A stretch of DNA of 64,000 nucleotides from an uncultured bacterium (GCA_938005705.1 CALLML010000057.1:1427-65426); one strand, 5' to 3'. Positions 53,355-64,000 are shown, numbered from the stretch's first letter. Program-made: numbers and translations. The notes: generated by a model from the letters alone, not told the origin.

Positions 53355-54215
53355 TCACGCCGGCCCAGTCCCAGCCATCAGAGACCCTTTGCTGCGGGTG
53401 GATTGCAGCGCCACCGCGACCGCTCGGCGAGCGAGAAGATCGAGAGATATCTCAATCCCCTCGTGCGCCTCCGCCGGCGTCATCGCGCCGAGTACCACCA
53501 TGTCGCAATCACGGATCGTATTCCATACGAAGGCAAGACCCACGGCCGGGAGCAGCTTCCCGGACGCCAGCGGCTTAATCACCATCACGGGCTTGCGCGC
53601 TTGCGCGATGATACGCATCACCCAGTCGGTCTCCACCTGCATCAGAAAGCCCCAGGCGTTGTAAATCTGAATGTAGGTTTCGACATCCGCTTGCTGCGCA
53701 TCCGCGTAAGGAATCGTCTCGGCCATATGCGTGGAAAGGCCCGGAATCATGCCCCGTTCACGGATCATCGCCGTGTAACGGTCGAGGTCGCGGATGACGC
53801 GGTCCCGCCGGTCCACGAGCGCATCCGTAACGACCTGATGCGGCATGCAGATATCCGCCCCCATTGCCTTGCATCTATCGAACACGCGCTCCGGCTCTTG
53901 ATCCGGCGGCCCGCCGGGCCGGAGGTTGAAATGCGGAGTGAAGATGCGGATCATGCGCCGTCCGGCGGCCTGTTCGACGCGCGAGATGGCCTCCGACATG
54001 CCGCCGCCGAGATCGCCGCCCATCACCGCGTCCACCCCCGCTGCGAGATAGACCTCCAGCACCGCAGCGATGCGTTGAGGCGTCTGGTATTCCCGTATGA
54101 ATTCATCTTTGGCACGGCTCGTATGGGAATAACCGCGGAACCAGTTCGTCCCGATGATCAACCGTGGCAGCGAAAGACCGCCCACCCACGTTCGAGGAAA
54201 TGACGGTGTTGTCAT
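53355..54215 (-). CDS. Hypothetical protein (286 aa; possibly a TIM-barrel-type enzyme) encoded directly downstream of yidC, in the position normally held by jag/khpB
   Basis: The protein has balanced composition (W/F/Y/I present): MTTPSFPRTWVGGLSLPRLIIGTNWFRGYSH...VIKPLASGKLLPAVGLAFVWN. The antisense plus ORF 53223-54203 is R/H-rich and rejected. There is a 0-3 nt gap after the yidC stop. No KH, R3H or GTPase motifs were seen. Confidence 0.55.
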   Translation of the reverse strand: MTTPSFPRTWVGGLSLPRLIIGTNWFRGYSHTSRAKDEFIREYQTPQRIAAVLEVYLAAGVDAVMGGDLGGGMSEAISRVEQAAGRRMIRIFTPHFNLRPGGPPDQEPERVFDRCKAMGADICMPHQVVTDALVDRRDRVIRDLDRYTAMIRERGMIPGLSTHMAETIPYADAQQADVETYIQIYNAWGFLMQVETDWVMRIIAQARKPVMVIKPLASGKLLPAVGLAFVWNTIRDCDMVVLGAMTPAEAHEGIEISLDLLARRAVAVALQSTRSKGSLMAGTGPA

Positions 54216-54218
54216 GTT

Positions 54219-56024
54219 CTAGGCCTTCCTCCCCACCCTGTGACGCTGGATTAACTGCTGCCCGATCATCAGACACTGGTTCGTCGTCCAGTAGAGCACC
54301 AGGCCCGACGCAAAGTTGTAGAAGAAAACCAACATGATGATCGGCATGAAGGTCATCAATTTCTGCTGGGACGGATCGCCGGCCTGCGGCGTGAGCCTCT
54401 GCTGCCAGATTTGTGTGGCGGTCATGATCAGCGGCAACAGGTTGAGCGAGAGGCCGAACGGCAAGCGTCCCGCCAACAGGTTTTCCGGCTCGCTCAAATC
54501 GCGCACCCACAGAAACGGCGCGAACCGCAGCTCAATCGCACTGCGCAACACAACGAACAATGCGATGAAAACGGGAATCTGAATCAGCATCGGGAGGCAA
54601 CCGCTCACGGGATTGATCCGGTGCTCCTTGTAAAGCGCCATGATCTCCCGCTGCTGACGCTGCGGATTGTCCTTGAACTTTGCCCGAATCTCGTTCACGA
54701 GTGGCTGAATTTCCTGCATCCGCTTCATGCTCTGCGTACCCCTGTGGGTGATCGGCCAGAACACGATGCGGATCAGGATCGTCAGCAAGATGATGGCTAC
54801 ACCATAGTTCGGGATTACGCGATAGAGCCCATTGAGCGTGGACAACAAAATCTTGCCGATGCCGCCCCACATCCCGAACTCCATGACATCGGCCTGGTGA
54901 TAGGCCAAACGCTGAAGCTCGGCGTATTTTTTGGGCCCGACATAAAACTCCATTTCATGGACGACCGGCTCGGCACCGGCGAGAATCGCACCGCCTCGAA
55001 ACATTAGCGCCGCCCCTGTCGAGGCGATCTCGATCCGGGGACGAAAGGCTGGATTAATTTCCTCCTCAGGGAAGCGGAGACGTTTCGCTTCCGCCCAAGC
55101 CCCCTCGGCTCCGCCTTCCGGTCGGAGAATCTGTACAAAGTATTTGTTCTTCACCGCCACCCAGTCCACCGCCCGTCCCGTGTCCGGCACACGCCGGCGA
55201 ACGGTGAAAGGAAGATTCGGTCGCTGCTCTTCCTTGAACCAGCTCGCCATCCTGGGGCCCCAGTAACGGACCCTTTCACCGCCAGGCGAGAGGGTGTCCA
55301 CCCCAAGAAACGCCAGACCGCGCACCAGCGACTCGCCCGGAAGGTTTGTCATCGGGCCGAGTGTCAGCTCGGGCTTTTCCACCCGAATCGGATCGGCGTT
55401 TTCGCGCGCATGCCGCCACTCTTCACGCAGGCGTAACAAATAGGAATCACCCAGTTCAACGCGCCGGCGGATGTGAAGCCCGCTCGGCGTACGACGCTCG
55501 AAGGACAGCGCGCGCCCGTCCGCGGAGGCTTCCACTTCGAAATCACCACCTGCGCCCGATATGTTTCGCCATACCAGCGCGGGAGTTTCGGAAAAATGCA
55601 GCGACACCGGCTCGCTGTCGCGATCGAATGTGGCCCGATAATCGAGCAGACGCGCCGAGATCAACGCCGCGCCGTGCGAGGAAAAGGTGTATTCCGCATG
55701 GGCATTGCGCAATACGTACAACCGCGCCGGATCCGCCGGCTCTTCGTTTTCAACGGGTGGCGAGGAACCCTGGGGTGTCGTTTTCTGAACGGGCTCCGTT
55801 CCGTCCTCCGGCGCGGGATGTAAAATGGGCGTTTCGCTCGGCTCTACACCCGGGCGCAGCACCGCTTCTTCATCTGAAGACGAGATCGCCTCCGAAGTCC
55901 GAACAACCGCCGGCGGCGCCCAACGCTCGGGGAAAAATTTCCGGACGATCCACCGGTCCATATGGGGCCACAAAATCAAGATCGTCACCAGGACGGCAAC
56001 GACAGCCATATCCTTTCGATTCAT
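54219..56024 (-). CDS. yidC: Membrane protein insertase YidC
   Basis: 601 aa. [108 protein letters not shown] is the conserved YidC core. Confidence 0.95.
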   Translation of the reverse strand: MNRKDMAVVAVLVTILILWPHMDRWIVRKFFPERWAPPAVVRTSEAISSSDEEAVLRPGVEPSETPILHPAPEDGTEPVQKTTPQGSSPPVENEEPADPARLYVLRNAHAEYTFSSHGAALISARLLDYRATFDRDSEPVSLHFSETPALVWRNISGAGGDFEVEASADGRALSFERRTPSGLHIRRRVELGDSYLLRLREEWRHARENADPIRVEKPELTLGPMTNLPGESLVRGLAFLGVDTLSPGGERVRYWGPRMASWFKEEQRPNLPFTVRRRVPDTGRAVDWVAVKNKYFVQILRPEGGAEGAWAEAKRLRFPEEEINPAFRPRIEIASTGAALMFRGGAILAGAEPVVHEMEFYVGPKKYAELQRLAYHQADVMEFGMWGGIGKILLSTLNGLYRVIPNYGVAIILLTILIRIVFWPITHRGTQSMKRMQEIQPLVNEIRAKFKDNPQRQQREIMALYKEHRINPVSGCLPMLIQIPVFIALFVVLRSAIELRFAPFLWVRDLSEPENLLAGRLPFGLSLNLLPLIMTATQIWQQRLTPQAGDPSQQKLMTFMPIIMLVFFYNFASGLVLYWTTNQCLMIGQQLIQRHRVGRKA

Positions 56025-56257
56025 GTTGCCCTTTCAGAATCGTGCGCCGGCGGTACCGGATCAAAACCGCCGGGATGGAAGGGGTGACAGCGCGCCACCC
56101 GTCCAAATGCGAGCCACAGTCCGCGGAGACATCCATGCCGTTGTATAGCCTCGATGCCGTATGCGGAACAGGACGGTTCGAAACGGCAGCACCCACCCAG
56201 AAACGGCGAAAGCGCCACCTGATAGAACCGGACCATGCCGATAAGCACCTGCTTCAT
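56021..56257 (-). CDS. yidD: Membrane protein insertion efficiency factor YidD
   Basis: [67 protein letters not shown] (78 aa). It is the internal ATG of the 168-aa track ORF. ATGA overlaps link it to both rnpA and yidC. Confidence 0.85.
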   Translation of the reverse strand: MKQVLIGMVRFYQVALSPFLGGCCRFEPSCSAYGIEAIQRHGCLRGLWLAFGRVARCHPFHPGGFDPVPPAHDSERAT

Positions 56258-56691
56258 GAGCTGTCCACTGCGCTTTGCACCCGCTTCCAAATTCCCGCCC
56301 GCCTCGCAAGCCGACAAAAATCCTCCACCAAATCCCGCCACGGCGCTGCCCCGCAACCCGCGCGCGCCACCAACACTATATCCGCCGTTCCCGTCAACAT
56401 TCCGCGGTTCAGCCGGAATACCTCCCGCAACCGCCGCCGCGCACGATTGCGTTCCACCGCGCCGCCAACACGCCGGTTCGATACCACACCCAGCCGCCGC
56501 GCAGCGTCTGGGGCCTGTCGCGTCCAAAGAATCATGTATCGGCCCGGATACCGACGTCCCTGCGTAAACGTCTCTTGAAAACAGCGAGAACTCAATAACC
56601 GGCGCCGACGCCCCAGCCGACGATCACCATCCGGCACGCCCGTAAGATCATCGGACGCCGTAGGCCGGGAGGACATATGGGTTCTCCGCAA
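56254..56691 (-). CDS. rnpA: Ribonuclease P protein component
   Basis: [45 protein letters not shown] is the RnpA RNR motif region. The start is 4 nt after the rpmH stop and the exact N-terminus is uncertain. Confidence 0.8.
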   Translation of the reverse strand: MRRTHMSSRPTASDDLTGVPDGDRRLGRRRRLLSSRCFQETFTQGRRYPGRYMILWTRQAPDAARRLGVVSNRRVGGAVERNRARRRLREVFRLNRGMLTGTADIVLVARAGCGAAPWRDLVEDFCRLARRAGIWKRVQSAVDSS

Positions 56692-56694
56692 ATG

Positions 56695-56829
56695 TCAGAC
56701 CGTCAGGCGTCGCCGTCCCTTACGGCGACGTGCGGCGAGAACCTTGCGGCCGTTGGCAGTCGCCATCCGCTTACGGAAACCATGCGTGCGGCGCCGCTTG
56801 ACTCGCGAGGGCTGATAGGTGCGTTTCAT
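56695..56829 (-). CDS. rpmH: 50S ribosomal protein L34
   Basis: [44 protein letters not shown] (44 aa), embedded in the longer track ORF 56695-57027. Confidence 0.95.
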   Translation of the reverse strand: MKRTYQPSRVKRRRTHGFRKRMATANGRKVLAARRRKGRRRLTV

Positions 56830-57250
56830 GTCATTTCTCTTTACAATGCGGGAATATAGATTAATGACCATGCCACAGATGTCAACTAAGGACTGTCCGA
56901 GCCGAGCCGATTGCGCTGTGGAAAATGAGCGGCGAATACAGGCGCCGGCGAAGGGAAGCGAACATCGTTGACCCCAACGACCCCGCGCCATTCGCTGGTT
57001 TTTCTCGCGCTTCCCCAAAAAACACAAATTTTTCGATCATTCGGCTATTCACGGACGGCGTGGAAGCCGTCCCTCCAATTCTATCGCAGGCCATGGATCG
57101 GATGGGGACGCGGAGATTGCGCCCTGCGTCGATGCTGTGGTGAAGATCGCGCAAGATCTCCGAGTACGCCTGGCCATGAAGCCACCCCTTCACGATCCCT
57201 TCACGACGCGAGATGGCGCGTCCCATATCGTGGATCGTCGAGCGCAAAGG

Positions 57251-58115
57251 TCAGACGACATCGGTTCGCTTGAGATGCTGCAGATCGCGGCACAGAGTCC
57301 GCTGTCCACATCCCAAGAGCCGGTAGGCCAGGTTCTCGATCGTCAGAACGCGGCCTTGCTGGAAGGCCTCGTGAGCGAGGCGCTGGAGTCGGTGTCGTCG
57401 CTGGCCGATGACTCCATCACGCCTGCGGACCACCAGGTCTTCTTCCCCCGCGTCGAGGGTTAAGGTCACAGTCAGTTGCTGGCTATGGGCCAGGCGCGTG
57501 GCGGGGCCGTTCTCGACCGAGAGCACATCGAAAAGGAGTTGCCCAGGGTGCAAGGCGCCGCTGGTCTCGAAGTAACAGCCCATAGACCTTGTAGACGGCC
57601 TCCAGCAGTGCCTGGGCTTCGAAGAGGGAACATTGGAGTCCTCGAATGACCTCATTGCGGAACAGGCCATCCAGTTGCTTCTGCGACAGACGCTGCCAGC
57701 GGGCAGTCGCGGGATTGCGGATCATATGCGCCCCCTGTTTGTACGGCCGGCCCGCCAGCCATACGTGACAGTACCCGGCCAATGCCATATGGCGCAACTA
57801 TAGGGGGCGGTGCCGATTATGCGAGATTCGCCTGTCTTCCTTCGTACGCCATTTGCGGCGTCAGACCTCCCAGCGCCTGGTGTGGCCGCCAGGCAGCTCT
57901 CCGTGTCCAGCGGGTTCGACAGACCCCCGCCGCGTACCTTCCGCGAATACCCGTCGAGGACGACCGTCAGGTACATAAACCCGCCGCGCATCGGCTGGTA
58001 CGTGATGTCCGCGCACCAGACCCTCTTGGGGACGCACGCTCTCCCTGTCCCGAAGCAGATAGGCCAAACCTTGGCCCCGAACATCGAACAATTCGCTTCT
58101 CCGGTTCGACCCCAC
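57251..58115 (-). mobile_element. Degenerate insertion-sequence remnant: frameshifted IS3-family (rve/DDE integrase) transposase fragments plus an HTH-containing fragment
   Basis: Minus ORF 57722-58084 contains VWCADITYQPMRGGFMYLTVVLDGYSRKV. That is the IS3-family DDE-domain start (compare W.TDITYI...LYLAVV.D..SR.I). The adjacent ORFs 57861-58115, 57483-57797 and 57251-57670 are in different frames. The last contains an HTH-like block LTIENLAYRLLGCGQRTLCRDLQHLKR. No intact transposase ORF was found and terminal inverted repeats were not identified. Confidence 0.45.
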
Positions 58116-58395
58116 CTGTCAGCAGGTTATCCACGAGCACGGCGCTTACGGGTCGTCTCATTGTGATGACCTGATCGTGTACGGCGTCGCGGCACCGGCA
58201 AACTGAGCTGAGGCCCTATTTCTTCAGACATAGCAACGTAAGCTTGCTCGCGCCGCGGGGAACGAGCAGGTAAACACAATTTCGAGAACATTAGAAGCAC
58301 GCAACGGGAACCTCGGTGCCATCGGTTTCGGCCGGTACGTTGCGAAAAACCATAAACAATAGTAGCATATTTCGGAATACTGATCGGGAGTTTCG

Positions 58396-59835
58396 ATGGC
58401 CGCGCGGTCTTTGCTTTTTTCGTCTGTCCGCTATGTTTTTTCCAGCCGTGTTTGGGTGCCATTGACGGCATGGGCTCTTGCCGGCGCCTGTGTGCACCAC
58501 GCAAACCCGACATCCCCGCCCGTGGTCTTGCCGGCGGCATATGTGACGGCATCGGGCGAGCGCGATGCGTCACTCCGCTGGTGGGAAGACATCGGCGACC
58601 CTGAGCTCAATGCTTTTCTCGACGAGGCGTTGCGCGGCAGTCTCGATTTGGCGCGCGCCCGCGCCCGACTCGATCAGGCGGAAGCCGCAGCTTCCGCGGC
58701 GGGCGTTGAGCGACTTCCACAGCTCACGATCGAGGGCGGCGCGCGTCGCGCCCGGACGCTCGCGATGGTCGGTCCGAATGCCGGAGATCTGATTCATACG
58801 GACACCTTTTCGCTCGGACTAGCCGCCGCCTATGAGTTCGATCTCTGGGATCGCGTCGGCTCGACCGCGCGCGCCGCGCAGCACGAAGCCGAGGCCAGCC
58901 GTGACGATTTCGCCACCGCCCGGCTGACCCTGTCCGGAGAAATCGCCGACATCTGGCTCCAGGCCCGCGAACAGGCCGCGCAGCTCGCGCTCCTCGAAAC
59001 ACAGCGGCTGGCGGCGCACAACGTGTTGGAGCTGACCGAGCAACGCTTCGCCGAAGGACACGCTGCGGCGCTCGATGTCCTTCAGCAGCGCCAACAACTG
59101 GCCACGATCGAAGCCTTGATTCCGCCGATTGAAGCGCGCTATCGCGTTCTGCGTCACCAACTGGCCGTTCTCGCGGGCCGCGCCCCTTCCGCCGCGCCCG
59201 CGCCCTCGGCGGGGCTGCCCAAACTGCCTCCGTTGCCGGCGGCTGGCTTGCCGGGTGATCTGTTGCAACGTCGCCCCGACGTGCGCGCGGCACTGGCGCG
59301 TTTGGCCGCGGCGGATGAGCGCATTGGCGCGGCGATCGCCGCACGACTACCCACAATTCGTCTTTCTGCCAATGCCGGCTATCAGGCGAGCGAGGCCTCG
59401 GTGCTATTCAACGAATGGATCGGTGCTTTCGCCGGCCATGCGGCGATGCCGCTGATCGACGGCGGACGCCGCACCGCCGAGACGCGCCGCGCGCGCGCCG
59501 CCGCCCGCGAGGCGATGGCCGTTGCGGGACAGACGATCCTGAAGGCCATGCGCGAGGTGGAAGACGCCCTCGCGCAGGAGGAGCGTCAGCGCGAGGCGAT
59601 CCGCCGCCTCGCGGCGCAAGCGGAACTTGCCGCTGAAACGCTGACGCAGGCGCGAGAGCGCTATGCGGCAGGCTTGTCGGATTATCTCACCGTGTTGACC
59701 GCGCTCGATCGCTTGCAAGGGGTAGAGCGTAACCTGCTGGCCGCGCGGCGTCAGGCGTGGCAGTACCGGATTCAATTGTATCGTGCGCTCGGCGGCGAAC
59801 CGCTCGCGCCTGGTGCGAAGAAAGGCGAGCCATGA
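58396..59835 (+). CDS. RND efflux outer-membrane factor (TolC/NodT-family OMF)
   Basis: 479 aa. There is a signal-like N-terminus. Two repeated halves carry OMF coiled-coil/barrel motifs (RARARLDQAEAAASAAG... and ...RARAAAREAMAVAGQ). The stop overlaps the next gene as ATGA. Confidence 0.8.
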   Translation: MAARSLLFSSVRYVFSSRVWVPLTAWALAGACVHHANPTSPPVVLPAAYVTASGERDASLRWWEDIGDPELNAFLDEALRGSLDLARARARLDQAEAAASAAGVERLPQLTIEGGARRARTLAMVGPNAGDLIHTDTFSLGLAAAYEFDLWDRVGSTARAAQHEAEASRDDFATARLTLSGEIADIWLQAREQAAQLALLETQRLAAHNVLELTEQRFAEGHAAALDVLQQRQQLATIEALIPPIEARYRVLRHQLAVLAGRAPSAAPAPSAGLPKLPPLPAAGLPGDLLQRRPDVRAALARLAAADERIGAAIAARLPTIRLSANAGYQASEASVLFNEWIGAFAGHAAMPLIDGGRRTAETRRARAAAREAMAVAGQTILKAMREVEDALAQEERQREAIRRLAAQAELAAETLTQARERYAAGLSDYLTVLTALDRLQGVERNLLAARRQAWQYRIQLYRALGGEPLAPGAKKGEP

Positions 59836-61052
59836 CGCGGAAAGTTCGAAAAGAACAACTTTGGAGCACGTTTTTCGGCATCGTGCTGATCGCCGGGGCG
59901 CTGGGGCTGGCCATCCATTGGAAACGTACACGCCCTCGCGCCGCGCGGCGGCCGGAGCGGGAAATGGCCGTCACGGTGCGCGTGATCATCGCCCACCCTG
60001 AGAATGCGCGACTGCCCATAGAGGCGTTTGGCGAGGTGTTGCCCGCACGCCAGGTGGATTTATTCACCGAGGTATCGGGCCGGATCGTCGCGCGCCATCC
60101 GCGGCTTGAGCCGGGTGGGCTCCTGACCGCCGGCGAGACGGCGCTCGCAATTGATCCTCGCGATTATGAGGCCGCCGTTGTGCAGGCGGAGGCCAACCTA
60201 GAAAAGGCGCGGCTCGATCTCGCGTTGGAGCGCTCGCGCGCGCGGGTGGCCGCCGAGGAGTGGCGGCGTGTCGGCGCCGAGACCCCATACACCGATCCAG
60301 AAAACCGCGCCCTGACACTGCGCGAGCCGCAAGTGGCAGCGGCCGAGCGCGCGGTCGCGGCGGCAGAGGCCGCGCTCCGCCGCGCACGCTGGAATCTCGA
60401 GCGAACGGAAATCCGCGTGCCATTCGAGGCGCTCGTGCTCGAACGATATGCCGACCTCGGACAAACGGCCCTGCCGCAAAACCGCCTGGCGACGCTAGTC
60501 GCAGCGGACGAGTTTTATGTTCGCCTGTCACTGCCGACTTCAACGTTGCGTCATTTACCCGCGCCCGACGCCGACGGGCGCGGTGGGGCGCTTGCGCGCA
60601 TTCTCCATGAGCTGGATGACGGCAGCGCCATCGAACGCTTCGGCCGGGTCGTGCGCATTCTCGGCGATCTGGACCCTGCCGGGCGCATGGCGCGGGTGAT
60701 GGTCTCCGTCCCGCATCCGCTCGACCCGCCGGAATCGGCGCTGCGGCTGCGCGCGTATGTCCACGTCCGCATCGAAGGCCCCCAGCTCGAGGGGGTGTAT
60801 CGTCTGCCGATCGCTGCACTGCGGGAGGGCGGCTTTGTGTGGGTCGTGAACGGGGATAACCGACTTGAAATCCGCGCGGTCGAGACGCCTTGGCAGGATG
60901 CGGAGCAGGTCTGGGTGACGAAAGGTCTCGCAGACGGTGATCGTGTGATTGTCAGTCGCCTAGCGACGCCCATTCCCAACCTGCAACTGCGGATCGAGGG
61001 CGAACCGGTGACAAAAATGACAAAGCCCGGCAACGGAGTCGAAAGCCCATGA
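59832..61052 (+). CDS. RND efflux periplasmic adaptor (membrane fusion protein, HlyD family)
   Basis: N-terminal TM segment LWSTFFGIVLIAGALGLAI. The alpha-hairpin is YEAAVVQAEANLEKARLDLALERSRARVAAEEWRRV. Beta-barrel/lipoyl motifs follow. Start ATG 59832 was chosen from the ATGA coupling with the OMF gene. The track ORF begins upstream at 59757. Confidence 0.8.
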   Translation: MTRKVRKEQLWSTFFGIVLIAGALGLAIHWKRTRPRAARRPEREMAVTVRVIIAHPENARLPIEAFGEVLPARQVDLFTEVSGRIVARHPRLEPGGLLTAGETALAIDPRDYEAAVVQAEANLEKARLDLALERSRARVAAEEWRRVGAETPYTDPENRALTLREPQVAAAERAVAAAEAALRRARWNLERTEIRVPFEALVLERYADLGQTALPQNRLATLVAADEFYVRLSLPTSTLRHLPAPDADGRGGALARILHELDDGSAIERFGRVVRILGDLDPAGRMARVMVSVPHPLDPPESALRLRAYVHVRIEGPQLEGVYRLPIAALREGGFVWVVNGDNRLEIRAVETPWQDAEQVWVTKGLADGDRVIVSRLATPIPNLQLRIEGEPVTKMTKPGNGVESP

Positions 61053-64000
61053 CCGACGATCGCCCGGAGATGGACACTTCGCCGCTCGACATCAACGGCC
61101 TCGCCGATCCGTCCGGCGGCGCGGCTGCTGACCGCGGGCCGATCGCATGGATGGCGGCGAATCCCGTGGCGGCGAACCTGTTGATGCTACTGTTTCTTAT
61201 CGGCGGCTGGCTCGCCATTCCCTCGCTACGGCAGGAGGTTTTCCCGGAATTTGACCTGGATCTTGTGCGCATCTCCGTCGTCTATCCGGGCGCCAGCCCT
61301 GCAGAGGTCGAGCAGGGCGTCCTGCTCTCCATCGAGGAGCGGGTGCGCGAGGTGGACGGCGTCAAACGGGTGACCTCAGTCGCTTCGGAAGGCGTGGGCG
61401 TCATCAATGCAGAGCTCTTCGACGGCGTCAATCCAAACCGAGTCGTGCAGGACGTACAAAACGCGGTTGCGCGCATTGTGACCTTTCCGGAGGAGGCGGA
61501 GCGGCCGGTGGTGAGCCTTGCGCTGGCTCGGCGCGAGGTGCTTTCGCTGGTGCTCTACGGCGACGTCGGAGAGCACGTCCTGCGCGACCTCGCAGAAATG
61601 GCGAAGGACGAGCTGACGCAAGATCCGAAGATTACGCTGGTGGAGCTTGACGGCATCCGGCCGCTGGAAATCGCGGTGGAAGTGCCGCTGGAACGCCTTC
61701 GCGCGCACGGCCTGACGCTTGGCGGCATCGCCGACGCTCTCACGCGCGCCTCGGTCGAGATCGCCGGTGGCGGTGTGAAAACACCGGACGGCGAAGTGTT
61801 GGTGCGCGCAGCGGAACGGCGAGAACGCGGGGCTGATTTCGCTCGCACGGTGCTGCTCGACCGGCCCGACGGCACACGGGTGCGGCTGGGCGATATCGCG
61901 CGCGTGACCGACGGTTTTGCGGATACCGAGCTTTCGCTGCAATACAATGGGAAACCTGCCGTCGCGCTGAACGTGTACCGCGTAGGCAAGGAAAATCCGG
62001 TGGAAACCTCTCGCATTGTGACCGCCTACGCCGAACGCCTCCGCGAGCGGCTGCCGCCGAGCGTGAAGGTAGCGGTGTGGAATGACCGCTCGGAGCTATA
62101 CCGTGACCGTATCCGGCTCCTCCTGCGCAACGCGGCCATGGGTCTGGTGCTGGTGATGATCGTGCTCGGACTTTTCCTCGAGGTCCGACTCGCGTTCTGG
62201 GTGATGATGGGCATCCCCGTCTCGTTCCTCGGCTCGTTGCTAGTGCTGCCGCAGACAAATGTCTCCATCAACATGATTTCTTTGTTCGCCTTCATCATTG
62301 CGCTGGGCATCGTGGTGGATGATGCGATCGTCATCGGCGAAAGCATCTTCTATTTCCGGCGGCGCGGCCGGACGTATCTCGACGCGGCGCGGCGGGGCGC
62401 ACGGGCGGTGGCTGTGCCGGTGATCTTTTCCGTGCTCACCAACATGGCGTCATTCGTGCCGCTGCTGTTCGTGCCGGGGACGATGGGCAAAATCTGGCGC
62501 AACGTGCCGGTGGTCATCATCGCCGTGTTCTCCATCTCGCTCATTGAAGCGTTGTTCATCCTGCCAGCGCACCTGGCGCACCAGCGGCGCAAGCTGCGCG
62601 GTCTTTTTTGGCGCGTGGTCGAGGCGCCGCAGGAGCGCTTCGGACGCGGACTGGAACGGTTCGTCGAACGGCGATACCGCCCGTTCCTCGGCCGGCTGCT
62701 GCGCCATCGCTATCTGACGGTGTCCGTCGGCCTGGCGGCGTTGATTCTGTGTTTCGGCTGGCTGGCGGGCGGGCGGATCAAATTCTTTTTCTTTCCGCGC
62801 GTGGAGAGTGATATCGTGCGTGCAAGCATTGAGCTGCCGTACGGAGCCCCGGTGGAGGAGACCCGTCGAATCGCGATGCACGTGTCCGACATCGCCCGCG
62901 AGATCGTGGCGGAAAACGGCGGTGATCGCATTGTCCGCGGCCAACTTGTGCGCATCGGCGGCGGGGACAGCTTCGGCGCGTCAATCGCGGTCGGCGGCGG
63001 AGGAGGCGGACATCAGGCCTCGGTCACGCTCTACCTAGTGCCGATCAACGAGCGCCCGATCTCGGCGGCACGGTTCATTGAAGAATGGCGTCGGCGAGCC
63101 GGGCCCCTCCCCGGCGTCAAGTCCGCCACGTTCCGCTTCACCATCGGCCCGAGCAGCGGCAGCGCGATTGACGTGCGCCTGACCCATCCTGATCTCGATG
63201 TTCTCGAAACCTGCGCCGCTGAGGTCGCCCAGGCGCTACGCCGATTCGACGGCGTGGTGGAAATTGACGACGGCATCCGAAAAGGCAAACCGCAGCTCGA
63301 CCTGCGAACGCGGCCGGCAGCACTTTCACTCGGTCTTACACCGATGGAGCTGGGCCGGCAAGTGAGGCACGCCTTTTATGGGGCCGAGGTCCGCCGCCAT
63401 CAGCGGGGCCGCAACGAGCTCCGTATCTCGGTCCGCCTACCGGAAGAGGAGCGGCGGAGCGAGGCGAATATCCGGCGCCTGATAATTCGCGCGCGAGACG
63501 GCGGCGAACTGCCGCTCGGCGAAGCCGCCGAAATCCGGAGGGGACGCGCCTACCAGAGCATCCGCCGCGCCGATGGGCGGCGCATTCTGGATGTCACAGC
63601 GGATGTTATCGAGGGCGTCGCACAGCCGCCGAGAGTGCTCGCGGAACTTGAACGAACCGTTTTGGCGGACCTGCAAGTGCGGCATCCCGGCCTCGGCTAC
63701 TCGTTCGAAGGAGAAAACCGGGATATGCGTGAATCGCTGGCGAGCCTGCGCGGCGGATTCGTCCTCGCGTTGCTCGCGCTCTTCGCCATGCTTGCGATCC
63801 CTTTTAAAAGTTATCTGCAGGCGCTAATCGTGCTGATCGCGATCCCCTTCGGCATCGTCGGGGCGGTGTTGGGCCATCTCTTGCTCGGCTATGAGCTCAG
63901 CATCATCAGCCTCATGGGCATGGTCGCCTTGTCCGGCGTCGTAATCAACGACAGCCTGCTCTTGGTGGACACGGCCAACGAATATCGGCGCAACGGTCTG
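61048..64000 (+). CDS. RND efflux transporter permease (AcrB-like, HAE1 type), 3'-truncated by window end
   Basis: Manual translation from ATG 61048 (ATGA overlap with the MFP stop) gives ...IAWMAANPVAANLLMLLFLIGGWLAIPSLRQEVFPEFDLDLVRISVVYPGASPAEVEQGVL...SLFAFIIALGIVVDDAIVIGESIF... It continues open to position 64000. It is not in the ORF track because no stop lies in the window. Confidence 0.85.

Noticed and set aside
53223-54203. 326-aa plus-strand ORF opposite the post-yidC hypothetical gene
   Set aside because: It is extremely Arg/His-rich (RLRRRHRAEYHH...), while the minus-strand frame gives a balanced globular-looking protein that is translationally contiguous with yidC.
56882-57247. 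121-aa minus ORF immediately upstream of rpmH as a candidate dnaA fragment or regulator
   Set aside because: There is no DnaA (AAA+ or domain IV) or other motifs, and the composition is unconvincing. It is more likely the rpmH promoter region plus IS flank.
58127-58135. DnaA-box-like nonamer TTATCCACG as evidence for oriC
   Set aside because: It is a single copy with one mismatch. There is no cluster of boxes, no AT-rich DNA-unwinding element, and no dnaA gene nearby.

Overview
High-GC (about 63-65%) bacterial chromosomal window. I could not identify the organism. A long-form actinobacterial-type LeuA, many sulfatase-like features and the tuf-rpmG-trpT-secE-nusG layout are compatible with a PVC-superphylum genome (Verrucomicrobia or Planctomycetes-like), but that is speculation. 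Roughly 36 kb (16.6-53.1 kb) is a single minus-strand block of conserved genes. Read from high to low coordinates it runs: tRNA-Thr, tuf, rpmG, tRNA-Trp, secE, nusG, rplKAJL, rpoBC, rpsL, rpsG, fusA, the S10/spc/alpha ribosomal operons (L30 absent, Zn-type S14 with a TTG start), secY, adk, map, infA, rpmJ, rpsMKD, rpoA, rplQ, then eda, thpR, recA, prc, surE. Left flank (1-16.7 kb) holds a partial leuA preceded by what looks like a complete transcription-attenuation unit. That unit is a promoter, a 35-aa leader peptide with the run LLLRLLL, and an intrinsic terminator. About 1 kb of ORF-free DNA follows. Next come a PHP-domain gene paired with thrC, a sulfatase, and an Mla-like operon (MlaE permease, MlaD/MCE, TPR-like lipoprotein) whose ABC ATPase subunit has lost all catalytic motifs. 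After that come a 3D-domain lipoprotein, cstA, a radical-SAM enzyme, a DAGK-like lipid kinase, an outer-membrane protein and an alpha/beta hydrolase. Right flank (53-64 kb) holds rpmH-rnpA-yidD-yidC plus an unknown 286-aa gene where jag normally sits. Upstream of rpmH, where dnaA usually lies, is a frameshifted IS3-family transposase remnant. An OMF-MFP-RND efflux operon runs off the window end. No rRNA, CRISPR or prophage signal was seen. Every similarity call below comes from reading the translations against remembered family signatures, not from database searches.
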